A stretch of DNA of 64,000 nucleotides from a virus. Shown piece by piece: positions 1 through 10,200 of this stretch. The DNA is taken from the IMG/VR virus record IMGVR_UViG_3300036845_000721, positions 32,001 to 96,000 of that record, one strand, 5' to 3'. The translations under genes and the position numbers were made by a program. The notes beneath the pieces were generated by a model that was given only the letters and a program-made list of their open reading frames with translations, was not told the origin of the DNA and searched no databases. Positions within the stretch are counted from its first letter, which is position 1. Each line of letters starts with the position of its first letter.

Positions 1-575
1 ACCGGCTCAACGGCCGGGTCCGGTGGCTGACCGAGGAGAAGGTCATGCCGCACCCGCTGTACCCCGGCACCTCCGACGTCTACGACGTCGCCGAGCAGGC
101 GGTGGTGGACTGGAAGATCCTCGGCCCCACGTCGCTGGCCAAGCTGCAGGCCGCGGACGGGCCGCCGCAACGGTACGTGATCCAGCTGCTGCTGTACGCC
201 TGGGGCTGGCGCAACCACGGCTTCCCGGTCCGCCGGGTCGCCATCGCCGGGCTGCCGCGCACCGCCCCGAGCCTCGCCGAGATGTACGTCTGGGACCGGT
301 TCCTCACCCCCGCCGACGACCAGGCGGTCATCGAGATCCTGCAGCTCACCGAGGCCCGCCGTGCCGTCGCCCGGATGGTGCTCGGCGGCCAGCTGCCGAT
401 CAGCCAGGTCAAGCGGACACCCGGCGGCGACGAGTGCTATTTCTGCAACTTCTACCGGCCGGAAACCGCCCGGGACCCCAGCATCCCCGGCTGCCCCGGG
501 CACAGCGCCCCCGCGTCCTGGCAGCCGCCCGCCATGCCAGCCGGGAATACCGGCGGCGCACTCGCTGTAGTCTGA
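1..575 (+). CDS. Cas4/RecB-like PD-(D/E)xK exonuclease, 5'-truncated at window edge
   Basis: VVDWKI and QLLLYAWG nuclease-type motifs, C-terminal ECYFCNF...C cysteine cluster; first gene of the replication operon; the reading frame appears open upstream of the listed start at 45. Confidence 0.6.
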   Translation, partial: RLNGRVRWLTEEKVMPHPLYPGTSDVYDVAEQAVVDWKILGPTSLAKLQAADGPPQRYVIQLLLYAWGWRNHGFPVRRVAIAGLPRTAPSLAEMYVWDRFLTPADDQAVIEILQLTEARRAVARMVLGGQLPISQVKRTPGGDECYFCNFYRPETARDPSIPGCPGHSAPASWQPPAMPAGNTGGALAVV

Positions 576-644
576 TAGCGTATTAACTCCCGGGACCACC
601 CGGAGCCACGGAAAAGGAAAACGGAACCCCGTCAGGAGCACGAC

Positions 645-1922
645 ATGAGCTACCCGCCCGCACCCCCGCAGCAGGGCTACGGCCAGCCGCCCTACGACGG
701 CGGCCAGCCCGGCTACCCGCCCGCGCCGCCCCAGGCACCGCAGCAGGGCTACGGCCAGCCCGGCTACCCCCAGCAGGGCTACGGCCAGCCCGCCTACCCC
801 CAGCAGGGCTACCCCCAGCAGGGCTACCCGCCCCAGGCTCCCGGCTACCCGCAGCAGGGCTACGGCCAGCCCGCCTACCCGCCCCAGGCCCCGGCCGAGC
901 CGGCTCCCCGCGGCACGCTGGCCGGCTTCTACGGCCAGCCCGCGGGCGGGTCCGGCAAGTCGATCAGCACGTTCCTGCACCGGCAGCAGGGCCAGTCCTT
1001 CACCGGCACCGTCGCCCGGGCCATCACTCCCGCCGATGTCCAGCCGCAGTACATCATGAACACCAGCCCGCCCGTGCTGCGGAAGTTCAACGACGGCAGC
1101 CCGATGATGAAGCTGGTCCTGCCGCTGCTCACCCAGCAGTCGGTCGACTTCCCCGACGGGCGCGCCTGCTGGCACGTGGCCGGGAGCAACCAGGCCGAGC
1201 TGGACCAGGCCATGTCCGAGGCCGGCGTCCCGGCAACCGACATCGGCGACGGCATGATGGTCCGGGTCCCGGAAGCCGGCGCGGTCATCACCATCACGTA
1301 CACGGGCGACCAGCCGATCCAGAACATGTCCGCGCGGAAGCTGCACCACGTCGTCTACCGGCGCCCGGCCGGCGCTGCCAACGGCCAGCCCCCCGCCGCC
1401 CAGCAGGCCCCGCCGCCCGCCCCGGCGCAGCAGCTGCCCGGCCAGCCGCCGGCTCAGCAGTGGCAGCAGCCGCCGGCTCAGCAGGGCGCGCCGCCGCAGC
1501 CGCCGGCCCAGCAATGGCAGCAGCCCCCGGCTCAGCAGGGACCGCCGCCGCAGGCCCCGGCCCAGCAGTGGCAGCAGCCGCCGGCCGTCCAGCAGCCCCC
1601 AGCCCAGCAGCAGGGCGTGCCGCCGCAGCCGCCGGCTCAGCAGTGGCAGCAGCCGGCCCAGCAGCAGGGCGCTCCGCCGCAGCCGCCGGCCCAGCAGTGG
1701 CAGCAGCCCCCGGCTCAGCAGGGACCGCCGCCGCAGGCTCCGGCCCAGGCGCCCGGCCAGCCGATGAGCGCGCCGCCCGGCACCGCGCCGGACACCGCCG
1801 CGAACATGGCCCGGCTGACCGGCCAGCCGATCCGGATCGATGACGGCACCGTCCTGCAGCCCGACGGATCGGCCGTCCGGCCCGACGGCACCGTCATCCC
1901 GCCGGCTGCCCCGGCCCAGTAA
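645..1922 (+). CDS. actinophage-type single-stranded DNA-binding protein with long Pro/Gln/Tyr-rich N- and C-terminal low-complexity arms
   Basis: Core GGSG..S...FTGTV...DG.PMMKLVLPL...ITITYTGD...KL resembles the actinophage SSB family; RBS CAGGAG upstream; position between exonuclease and helicase. Confidence 0.6.
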   Translation: MSYPPAPPQQGYGQPPYDGGQPGYPPAPPQAPQQGYGQPGYPQQGYGQPAYPQQGYPQQGYPPQAPGYPQQGYGQPAYPPQAPAEPAPRGTLAGFYGQPAGGSGKSISTFLHRQQGQSFTGTVARAITPADVQPQYIMNTSPPVLRKFNDGSPMMKLVLPLLTQQSVDFPDGRACWHVAGSNQAELDQAMSEAGVPATDIGDGMMVRVPEAGAVITITYTGDQPIQNMSARKLHHVVYRRPAGAANGQPPAAQQAPPPAPAQQLPGQPPAQQWQQPPAQQGAPPQPPAQQWQQPPAQQGPPPQAPAQQWQQPPAVQQPPAQQQGVPPQPPAQQWQQPAQQQGAPPQPPAQQWQQPPAQQGPPPQAPAQAPGQPMSAPPGTAPDTAANMARLTGQPIRIDDGTVLQPDGSAVRPDGTVIPPAAPAQ

Positions 1923-2013
1923 CACCCGGCCCCCGCCCGCCCGGCCGGGCAGCGGAACCACCCCTCCGCGGCCCGGCCGGGCCAGCCGTCTCCCGCCAGG
2001 AGGAGATGCCCCC

Positions 2014-3798
2014 GTGACCGCCACGCTGACCGGCGAGCTGACCGCCGACGGCCGCCAGATCGTGCTGATCGGCAGCGGTGACGACCATGACCTGAACCAG
2101 CTGGCGACCCGGCTGGGCACCCTCACCCCGCTGCTGTCCGAGCCGGACGGCATGAAAGACAGCGGCATCCTGCTCGCCCCGGCCACCTGGCCGATGGTCG
2201 TCCAGCTCGGGCACAGCTTCCGCAACGGGCACGGCACCTTCACCCCCGGCGCCCGGCTCGCGGACTGGATGGCCGCCGAGGCCGCCCGCCGCGTCACCCC
2301 GCCGCCGCCGCTGCCGGACGGCATCGTGCCGCCCGGCGAGCGCGCCCGGGGCTACCAGGCCGAGGACGCCGCCGCGATCGCCGCGGCCGGCAAGGCGCTG
2401 GTGCTGCACGACCCCGGCCTCGGCAAGACGGTCATCTCCGTCCTCGCCCTCGAAGCCCGCCGCCGGGCCGGGCACGCCGTCTTCCCGCTGCTGGTCATCG
2501 CGCCGTCCTGGGAGGTCGCCGACGTCTGGTCCCGGCACATCCGGACCTGGGCGCCGCACTGGCCGGACCCCGTCTACTACCGGGGCGCCGCCCGCCGCGG
2601 CCTGCTCGCCGGGGCGCGCGGCAGCGACTGCGTGCTGCTCACCACCTACGCCACCGCCCGCCGCGACGCCGCGCTGGCATCCGGCCCGCTGTGCCTGCTG
2701 CGGCCCGCCACCGTCATCGCCGACGAGGCCCAGCTGATCGGCAACGACACCAGCCAGCAGTCGCAGGCGGTGCAGCGGCTCGCCCGGCACGCGGCCCAGG
2801 TGCTGCTGTGCTCCGGCACGCTGATCAAGCACTCCATGAGAAACGCCTACCCGGCGCTGAACGCGCTCGATTCGCGCAGCTTCTCCGCCTGGAAACGGGT
2901 CAGGCCGCGCTACATGGCCGTCCGGCCGGGCGACGGCGGCTACGACGAGATCATCACCGGGCTGCGGCCGGAGATGGAGGCCGAGTTCTTCGCCTGCCTG
3001 GAGGGCCAGCTGGTCCGCCGGGCCAAGGCTGACGTCGCCGGCCAGCTGCCGCCCAAGATCTACTCCGAGCGCTGCCCGGAGATCCCGCCGGAATGGCGCC
3101 GCGCCTACGACACGATGGAAGCCGACATGCTGGCCGAGCTGCCCGACGGCGGCGAGCTGCCGGTAATGTCCGTCCTCGCGCAGCTCACCCGGCTGTCCCA
3201 GCTCGCGTCGGCCGCCGCCGACGTCACCGTCACGTACGAGCCGGACCCGGCGACCGGGCTGCCCGTCGCGCACTACGCGGTCGCGCTGAAGCGGCCCAGC
3301 TGGAAGTCCGAGTCCGTGCTGGGCATCCTGGCCGAGCGGCCCGGCATGCCCGTCGCGGTGTTCTCCGAATCCCGGCAGCTGGCCATGCTCACCGGGGACT
3401 ACTGCACCGAGGCGGGGCTGCGCACCGGGTACGTCACCGGCATCGGCGGCGGCGTCACCATGGCAACCCGCAGGCAGGCCGTCGATGACTTCCAGGCCGG
3501 CCGGCTGGACGTCATCATCTGCACGGCCGGCGCCGGCGGCCTCGGCATCACCCTGACCGCGTCGAACTGCGGCGTCATGATGCAGCGGTCCTGGGAACTG
3601 GACCTGGCGCTGCAGCCCGAGGACCGGCTGCACCGCATCGGCGCCGAGATCCACCCCCACGTGGAGATCATCGACCTGATCGCGAAGAACACCGTCGACC
3701 AGCGGCGCCGCACCGTGCTGCGCGGCAAGGCCGGCCAGCTCGCCCAGTTCTGCCGCGACCCGCGCATCGTCGCCGAGCTGCTGGGCGGCCGGCGATGA
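2014..3798 (+). CDS. SNF2/SSL2-family (SF2) DNA helicase
   Basis: HDPGLGKT (motif I), VIADEAQ (II), CSGT (III), GLGITLT (V), QPEDRLHRIG (VI); GTG start after AGGAGG. Confidence 0.9.
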   Translation: MTATLTGELTADGRQIVLIGSGDDHDLNQLATRLGTLTPLLSEPDGMKDSGILLAPATWPMVVQLGHSFRNGHGTFTPGARLADWMAAEAARRVTPPPPLPDGIVPPGERARGYQAEDAAAIAAAGKALVLHDPGLGKTVISVLALEARRRAGHAVFPLLVIAPSWEVADVWSRHIRTWAPHWPDPVYYRGAARRGLLAGARGSDCVLLTTYATARRDAALASGPLCLLRPATVIADEAQLIGNDTSQQSQAVQRLARHAAQVLLCSGTLIKHSMRNAYPALNALDSRSFSAWKRVRPRYMAVRPGDGGYDEIITGLRPEMEAEFFACLEGQLVRRAKADVAGQLPPKIYSERCPEIPPEWRRAYDTMEADMLAELPDGGELPVMSVLAQLTRLSQLASAAADVTVTYEPDPATGLPVAHYAVALKRPSWKSESVLGILAERPGMPVAVFSESRQLAMLTGDYCTEAGLRTGYVTGIGGGVTMATRRQAVDDFQAGRLDVIICTAGAGGLGITLTASNCGVMMQRSWELDLALQPEDRLHRIGAEIHPHVEIIDLIAKNTVDQRRRTVLRGKAGQLAQFCRDPRIVAELLGGRR

Positions 3799-4024
3799 TC
3801 CTCCGGACAGTCATGCAGTACTCGGACAGCCTGCGCATCCGGGGCATGGTGCGCCGCTGGCTGGGCGTCCCAGCGCCGTGCGGGATCTCCCATGAGGACC
3901 CGTACAACCCGTGCCTGCCCGGGGAAGACCACCGCGGGCTGTGGTGCGCCACCTGCGGACTGCGCCAGCGGCCCGCCATCACTACCGGAATTTCCGGCCG
4001 GCCGGAAAGATCAGGAGACAAGCC

Positions 4025-4516
4025 ATGACCACGAGCAACATTCCCATCCGGGTCCGGTGCAGCGGGCTGTGCACCGTGCACTGCGATCACCGCGACAGCG
4101 AGCCCGGCGGCCAGCACGGTCCCGGAAATGACGAGATCGCCTCCATCCTGGCCGACATCGAGCTGATCGACTGGCACCTGGACGCCGCCGCGCCGCAGAT
4201 TTACCGGCAGGACCCGGCCGCGTCCGCCGAGCTGAACGAGGCCAGGGCGCTGCTCAACCGGTTCCGGCGAATCGCGGCCGGCCCGGCATCCGAGGGCCAG
4301 GAAGCGGTCGACGCGCTGAACGAGGCGACCGGCGGCAACCCGCGCAAGGGCGTCATCGGCGACGACGACACGATCCTGGGCGAGCTCGGCGACGGCGCGG
4401 TGGCGAACCTGCTGGCCATCCAGTCGATCGTCAAGGACACCGACGCCGCCTGGGCGGTGTTCCTGGCCGCGCTCGCGAAGGCGCGCAGCCGGGTGCCGGA
4501 CGGGGACCTGCCGTGA
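4025..4516 (+). CDS. hypothetical protein
   Basis: ATG at 4025 after GATCAGGAGACA header and palindrome at 3992-4007; GC3-rich codons. Confidence 0.7.
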   Translation: MTTSNIPIRVRCSGLCTVHCDHRDSEPGGQHGPGNDEIASILADIELIDWHLDAAAPQIYRQDPAASAELNEARALLNRFRRIAAGPASEGQEAVDALNEATGGNPRKGVIGDDDTILGELGDGAVANLLAIQSIVKDTDAAWAVFLAALAKARSRVPDGDLP

Positions 4517-4661
4517 CCGGGCACCGGCCATGGCCAGGGCGGCGGCGGCGCCCGAGCGGCCCGCTGTGCCGGGCCTGGGAACTCAACGGACCCGGCACCC
4601 GGTGGGACGGCTGCGAGCACGACTCCTGCTGGGCGATCGTCACCGGACTGGGGGGACGGCC

Positions 4662-5048
4662 GTGACCCCGGCCGAGGCCCGGATGGACGCGCTGTGCCAG
4701 GCGTTCCAGGCCGCCATCGACGGACCGGAGCCGGCCGCGGCGCGCACCGCGCAGTTCACCGTCGACGGGGCCGCGTACTACGCGGTCACGCCCGGCCAGC
4801 GGACCGCGCTGATGGTCCTGGCTCCCTGGCGGGTCTGGAACCTGAACGCGACACGGAGGGACCCGGAACTGCCGCACCAGTTCGTCTCGCTCAAGATCGC
4901 GGCCGGCCTCGCGGTCACCTGCAACTGCCTGGCCCGCGGCTGCCCGCGGCAGTTCATCGCCACCCACGGCGACGGCGAGGCCCTGGACGGCAGCGAGGCG
5001 CTGGCGCTCTGGCGCGGCTGGCACGAACGGCGGGGGGTAAAGGTATGA
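4662..5048 (+). CDS. hypothetical protein
   Basis: Coupled start/stop overlaps with neighbours; coding-like composition. Confidence 0.55.
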   Translation: MTPAEARMDALCQAFQAAIDGPEPAAARTAQFTVDGAAYYAVTPGQRTALMVLAPWRVWNLNATRRDPELPHQFVSLKIAAGLAVTCNCLARGCPRQFIATHGDGEALDGSEALALWRGWHERRGVKV

Positions 5049-5509
5049 CTTGGCGATGGCACGAGGACATCCGCTGCATGATCTGGCATGGCGAGCCCGG
5101 TGACCCGGACCCCTGGCTGGCGACGGCAGCGGCGCACTGGCACGGCCGGCTTCCCGGGTACCAGCCAGGGTTGGGGATGCCGCCGGGGCCGGAATGGCCG
5201 GAAGTACCGTCGTACTGGCCGGAAAGCGAAGGCATGCCGGACGCCGAGCAGGTGAAATGGCTGCAGTACCGGCTGGCGCTGGAGCAGCAGCGCTGCCGGC
5301 AGTACCAGGCGGACCTGATCCGGATGCAGGACCGGGTGCAGCCGCAGCAGCCTGTGCAGCCGCCCGCGCGGCCGGAACCGGAATCCCTGGCGCAGCGGTT
5401 CCTGCCGCCGCGCTGGCTGGTAACAGCGTGGATGATCCTGCTGCTGCTGACCGGGGAAGCCTTCCTGGCCGTGCTGCTGGGGGCGGCGCTCCGGGCGGTG
5501 GGATCGTGA
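5045..5509 (+). CDS. hypothetical protein with C-terminal transmembrane helix
   Basis: C-terminal WLVTAWMILLLLTGEAFLAVLLGAAL; overlap-coupled to neighbours. Confidence 0.6.
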   Translation: MTWRWHEDIRCMIWHGEPGDPDPWLATAAAHWHGRLPGYQPGLGMPPGPEWPEVPSYWPESEGMPDAEQVKWLQYRLALEQQRCRQYQADLIRMQDRVQPQQPVQPPARPEPESLAQRFLPPRWLVTAWMILLLLTGEAFLAVLLGAALRAVGS

Positions 5510-5714
5510 GCTACGACCCGGATTTCGCGGTTTTCCCGCGCCGGCTGCCGTCACGGCCCCGGCTCCGGGCGCGGACACGGCTGCGGCACGCCGTGCGCAA
5601 CGCGCTCTGGGCCGCGAGCGGCCGGCTGTGCGGCTGGCACGGACCCGGCCGCCGGATCGCGTTCGAGGCCGGGCACCTGCTCGGCGAGACCGGCTGGAAG
5701 CTGAGGGACCCGTC

Positions 5715-6227
5715 ATGATCACCGTCCTCGGCGGCGACCCCGGGAACACGGCCGGGTTCCTGCTGGCCGGCTGGCGTCCCGGCGAGCGGAAGGCCGCGTT
5801 CGCCCGCGCCTTCCAGTGCGACGGCGACTCCGCTGCGCTGCTGCTCGCCTGGATCTGCGACAGCGAGGCGGCTCTCACCCCGGGCATCACCGCCGTGCAG
5901 ATCGAGGCGTGGGACAGCCGCCCCCTCCCGGGCGGGCTGCACGGCGCCAGCCCGTCCGCCATCCAGGCCCAGATCAGCGACCTGGAGGCGGTCCTGGCCG
6001 GGCGCGGGGTGCCGTGCGTTATCCGGCCCGTCGCCGACGTCAAGACGTGGGCCGGCGACGAGCGGCTGAAGCGGGCAGGGCTGCTGGACACGGTCAGCCC
6101 GGCGCCGATGCGGCACGCGAAGTCGGCCGCCTGGCACTGCCTGTACTGCGCGGTGCACGACTGCGGCCTGCCGGATCCGCTGTCCCGGCGGGCTGGCGTA
6201 CAGGAGGCGCGGGATGTGCCAGGCTAG
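5715..6227 (+). CDS. RuvC-like Holliday junction resolvase
   Basis: N-terminal VLGGDPGNTAG, central VQIEAW, C-terminal RHAKSAAWH; replication operon context. Confidence 0.75.
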   Translation: MITVLGGDPGNTAGFLLAGWRPGERKAAFARAFQCDGDSAALLLAWICDSEAALTPGITAVQIEAWDSRPLPGGLHGASPSAIQAQISDLEAVLAGRGVPCVIRPVADVKTWAGDERLKRAGLLDTVSPAPMRHAKSAAWHCLYCAVHDCGLPDPLSRRAGVQEARDVPG

Positions 6228-6356
6228 GGGAACAGCAACGGGAACCCGCCACTGCCAGGAAACGGGTCCCCGTGATGCTGCTCAGACCACCGCACCGCCC
6301 GCTGAAGGGGTGAGGATCTTGACCACCACTGTCATCATAACTGACAGGGGGCCGGA

Positions 6357-7265
6357 ATGACCGCCGGCACGCCAGCAGGCAACGGCCAGGAGCTGTCCGG
6401 CCAGCATGTGCTCTACCGGCACTGGGCCAAAGACGGCACCCTCCTGTACGCCGGGCGGACCAACAATCCCCCGGCCCGGATGCGCAAGCACCGGTCAGAA
6501 GCTGACTGGTGGGCGTCCGTCTGCTGGACTACTTACGAGAAGTTCCCGTCCCTGGAAGCGCTCAAGGCCGGGGAGGCCTGGGCGATCGAGCACGAAAACC
6601 CGCAAGGGAACATTCAGGGACGGGTGTTCCAGGCTCCCCCGCGCAAGAGCCCGGAGCCGGGCACCGACCCTTATGTCCCGGTAAGAACCCGGGACCTGAG
6701 ACCAGACCTGGAGCTCATCCACCCGCTCTCGCGCGAGTTCTCCGTGTACGGAGGCGGCGACACCGTTCGGCGCGCCCGGGAATGGGCGCTGAACCGCCGG
6801 TACTACCTGCTGGACGGGCTGCCGGCCTGCGCTCACGCCTTCTACCTGATGAGGTGCCCGAACGCCGGCCGCTGCATCCCGCACGCAGACCACACCCAGG
6901 TGTGGGTCCCGGCCCCGGACTTCAGCAGGTTCGAGACCTACAGCGGTGCAGAGCCGCCGTTCATCCTCACGCAGCCGTACCGCGGCAGCCTGCCGGAGGG
7001 CGATGAAGACGACGCACCGGCAGCCGGGCTGCCCGGGCAGGCAATCAGGCTCCCGGCAGAAGTTACCGCTTACGCCGCCGCTCACGGGCTCGGTGCCGAG
7101 ACCTGGATCTCCGACGCCTGGTACTACCCGGAGCACTGCGTACCTGTCCGGCTCACGCCGCACGGAGGCGGCTACGTATCGTTCCCCCTGGAGACGGAGA
7201 CGCTGAGCCTGATGTGCGCCTGGCGGGACGAGTGGCCGGAAGCGGTACCGGAATGGCTCAAGTGA
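6357..7265 (+). CDS. GIY-YIG nuclease-domain protein with C-terminal domain of unknown function
   Basis: VLYRHW...LLYAGRTNNPPARMRKH...EAWAIEHENP matches the GIY-YIG core. Confidence 0.7.
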   Translation: MTAGTPAGNGQELSGQHVLYRHWAKDGTLLYAGRTNNPPARMRKHRSEADWWASVCWTTYEKFPSLEALKAGEAWAIEHENPQGNIQGRVFQAPPRKSPEPGTDPYVPVRTRDLRPDLELIHPLSREFSVYGGGDTVRRAREWALNRRYYLLDGLPACAHAFYLMRCPNAGRCIPHADHTQVWVPAPDFSRFETYSGAEPPFILTQPYRGSLPEGDEDDAPAAGLPGQAIRLPAEVTAYAAAHGLGAETWISDAWYYPEHCVPVRLTPHGGGYVSFPLETETLSLMCAWRDEWPEAVPEWLK

Positions 7266-10200
7266 TGGCTGACCTCATGCCGCCGCCCGTCGCCTGGCTG
7301 TCGGATATCCACCGGGCCTACCTGAACGAGCACGCCGTCACCGACGAGATCATCGCCACTGCCCGGATCCGGTCCGAGGGCGAGGTAATCGTTTTCCCGT
7401 GGCGGGACAGCGACCTGGTCACCGAGCAGCGCCGCGTGTGGCCCGAGCCCGAGGACGGGCTGCCCGAGGGCATGCCGAAATACTGGTGGGAGGCGGGGCA
7501 CTCCCCACACCTGTGGGCTGTCCGGCCCGTTACCGGGCTGCCCGCCAGTGCCCCGGTAATCATCGCCGAGGGCACCAAGCAGTCCCTGGCCGTCGCGTCC
7601 TGGGCGCCCCTGGAGTACGCCGTCTACGGGATGCCCGGATGCGATATCGGGCTGGTATCGATGCTGCAGCGGGCCGGGCTGGACCGGTTCGGCGGCCATC
7701 CGGTGGTCATCATGCTCGATGCCGACGCGGCCGAGAACCTGAACGTGTACGAGGCCGGCGAGAAACTGGCCGAGCTGCTGGATCTGGAAGGCGCCGCGGC
7801 GATCGCGTTCACCCGGCTGCCCGCTCAGGGCAAAGACGGGATCGATGACTTCCTGGGCCTGGTGGAACCGGAAGGCCGCCGGACCGAGGTGCTGGCCAAG
7901 CTGCTGTCCCGGGCCGAGCCGAAACCCGCCGGGCGCAGGCCGGTGCGGCGCCCGGTCAGCGAGGAGCCGCCGGACACGGGCGGGCTGCCCGCGGTCACCG
8001 TGAACAAGAACCGCCGTGAGGTCATCCACGAAATCCTGTGGCATCTCCAGCAGCGGTGGAACGGCACCGAGCTGTTCTGCTACGGAGGGGCGCTCACCCG
8101 GCTGCGCGAGACAGCGACAGAGCCGCTGGAGGAAGGCGCATTCCTGCGCTGGATGGTAGAGGCAGTCTGCCCGGTCAAGTACACCCCGGCCGGCCCGGCC
8201 AGCCCGGCCCGGTATGAGCCCACCTGGCCGGACCAGCAGACGGTCAAGGCCCTGCTGTCCTCCGGCGACGAGTTCGCCCCGCTAACCCGGGTCAGCCGCA
8301 CCCCGTTCATCCGGGCCGACGGCACCGTCTGCGCCAAGAACGGGTACGATCCTGCCAGCCAGACCATGCTGATCACCGGGAACTCCGGAATGGACCAGCT
8401 GGACATCCCGCACGAGCCGACACAGCAGCAGGCCATCACCGCCGCCGGGTACCTGCTGGACGAGTGGCTGGGCGACATGCCGTTCCGGGACCGGGCCAGC
8501 CGGGCCGGGGCGCTCGCCCTGGTGCTCACCCAGTTCATCCGCGGCCTGGTGCCGCTGGCCCCGCTCGCGGTCATCTCCGGACTGCAGCCGGGCGTCGGGA
8601 AGGGGCTGCTGGCCGACTGCGTGCAGCTGATGATCGCCGGAGAGGCCGCGCCGCCGCTGCCCTGGAGCCAGGTAGACGACGAGGAGAACCGAAAGCAGAT
8701 CACCAGTGCCTTCAAGGCCGGCGCTAACCTGGTCTGGTTCGATGAGGCGCACCAGATCGAGTCGCTGGCGCTGTCCCGGGCCATTACCTCGCTGACCTAC
8801 GCCGACCGGATCCTCGGCCTGACCAAGCAGGTCAGCTGGCCCAACCAGGTCACCTGGCTGGCTACCGGAAACCAGGTGGCGGCCAGCTCGGACATGGCCC
8901 GGCGGGCCTACTGGATCGAGCTGTACCCGGACGTGCCCGACCCGGAGAACCGGCCGGAATCCGATTTCAGCCACCCGGACCTGCGCGGCTGGACACTGGA
9001 TGCCCGGCCCCGGCTGATCACCGAAGCGCTGACCGTCATCCGAGCCTGGTACGCGGCCGGCCGGCCGCCGCATTCCCGCGGGCTCCTGATGGGATCGTTC
9101 GAGACCTGGGACAAGATGATGTCCGGCATCCTGGCCTACGCGGGGATAGACGGGTTCCTCGGCAACCTGGCCGCCAAACGGGCCGAGCGCGACGTCACCG
9201 GGGGGTACTGGGCCGAGCACGTTGCCTGGCTGCGCGCCCAGTTCGGCGCCGGGGAGTTCGCCGCCCAGGACGTGAAGATCCGGGCCGCCGGCTCCGGCGG
9301 GGCCTGGGATGCCCCGCCCCGGCTAGAGGACTTGAGCCGGGAAGGGTGGACCCGGGTGCTCGGCCAGGCGTACGCCCGGAATGCCGACCGGTGGTACGGG
9401 CAGTTCCGGCTGCACCGGTCCGGTGAGGGATTCGGGCACTCGGCACGCTGGACGATCCAGCAGCGGGGTGAAGAAACGGCACTCCCGGCTCCAAGAGACA
9501 ACACCCTGCCTGACCTGGGCGGGGGGAACAGGGGGAACGAATCCGGGCCGCCCGCGAACGGGTCGTTCGCTGCCCCAACCGCAAACGAAACCCTGCCTGA
9601 GCTGGGAGGATACGGTAATGGGGGAACAGAAATGCGTTCCCCTGCTACAGAAACCATGCCTGAGCTGGGCGGGCTTCCGGAAAACAGCGGTTTCGGGGGA
9701 ACAGGGGGAACTACTACCCCAGGTGTCCATGTGCGCGCGGGTGCGGGCGCACACGCGCGCGTTACGCGCGAGGGGGATTTCGTTCCCCTTGCTCCCCCTG
9801 TTCCCCCGAACCCCCCTGTTGCCGGAACCGGCCCGGTGCTCGGCTTCGACCTGGAAACCGGCGAGGCCGGGAAGCTGTTCACCTACACCCCGCACGATGA
9901 GACCGGCTACGTCCGGCTCGCCGGGATCACAGGCCCGTCCGGCGCGAACATGATCACCGGGGTACCGCAGCTGCTCGCGATGCTGGGCATGGCGCGGCGG
10001 GCGTACGGGCACAACATCCTCGGCTTCGACGGGCTGGCGCTGGCCCGCTGGGCGGGCGCGGACTGGGACTGGTTCTGCGACCGGGCGGTGGACACCGAGC
10101 TGATCGCCCGGCAGGCGTTCCCGCCCCGGTCCCGGGAGTCCGGCACGTCGGCCGACAAGCTGGGCCTGGACGCGGTGGCGGCGCTGCTCGGGCTGTCCGG

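Noticed and set aside
9480-9830. Intein or intron in the replicase
   Set aside because: No Cys/Ser start with His-Asn end, no LAGLIDADG motif and no group I/II features; it reads as a low-complexity linker
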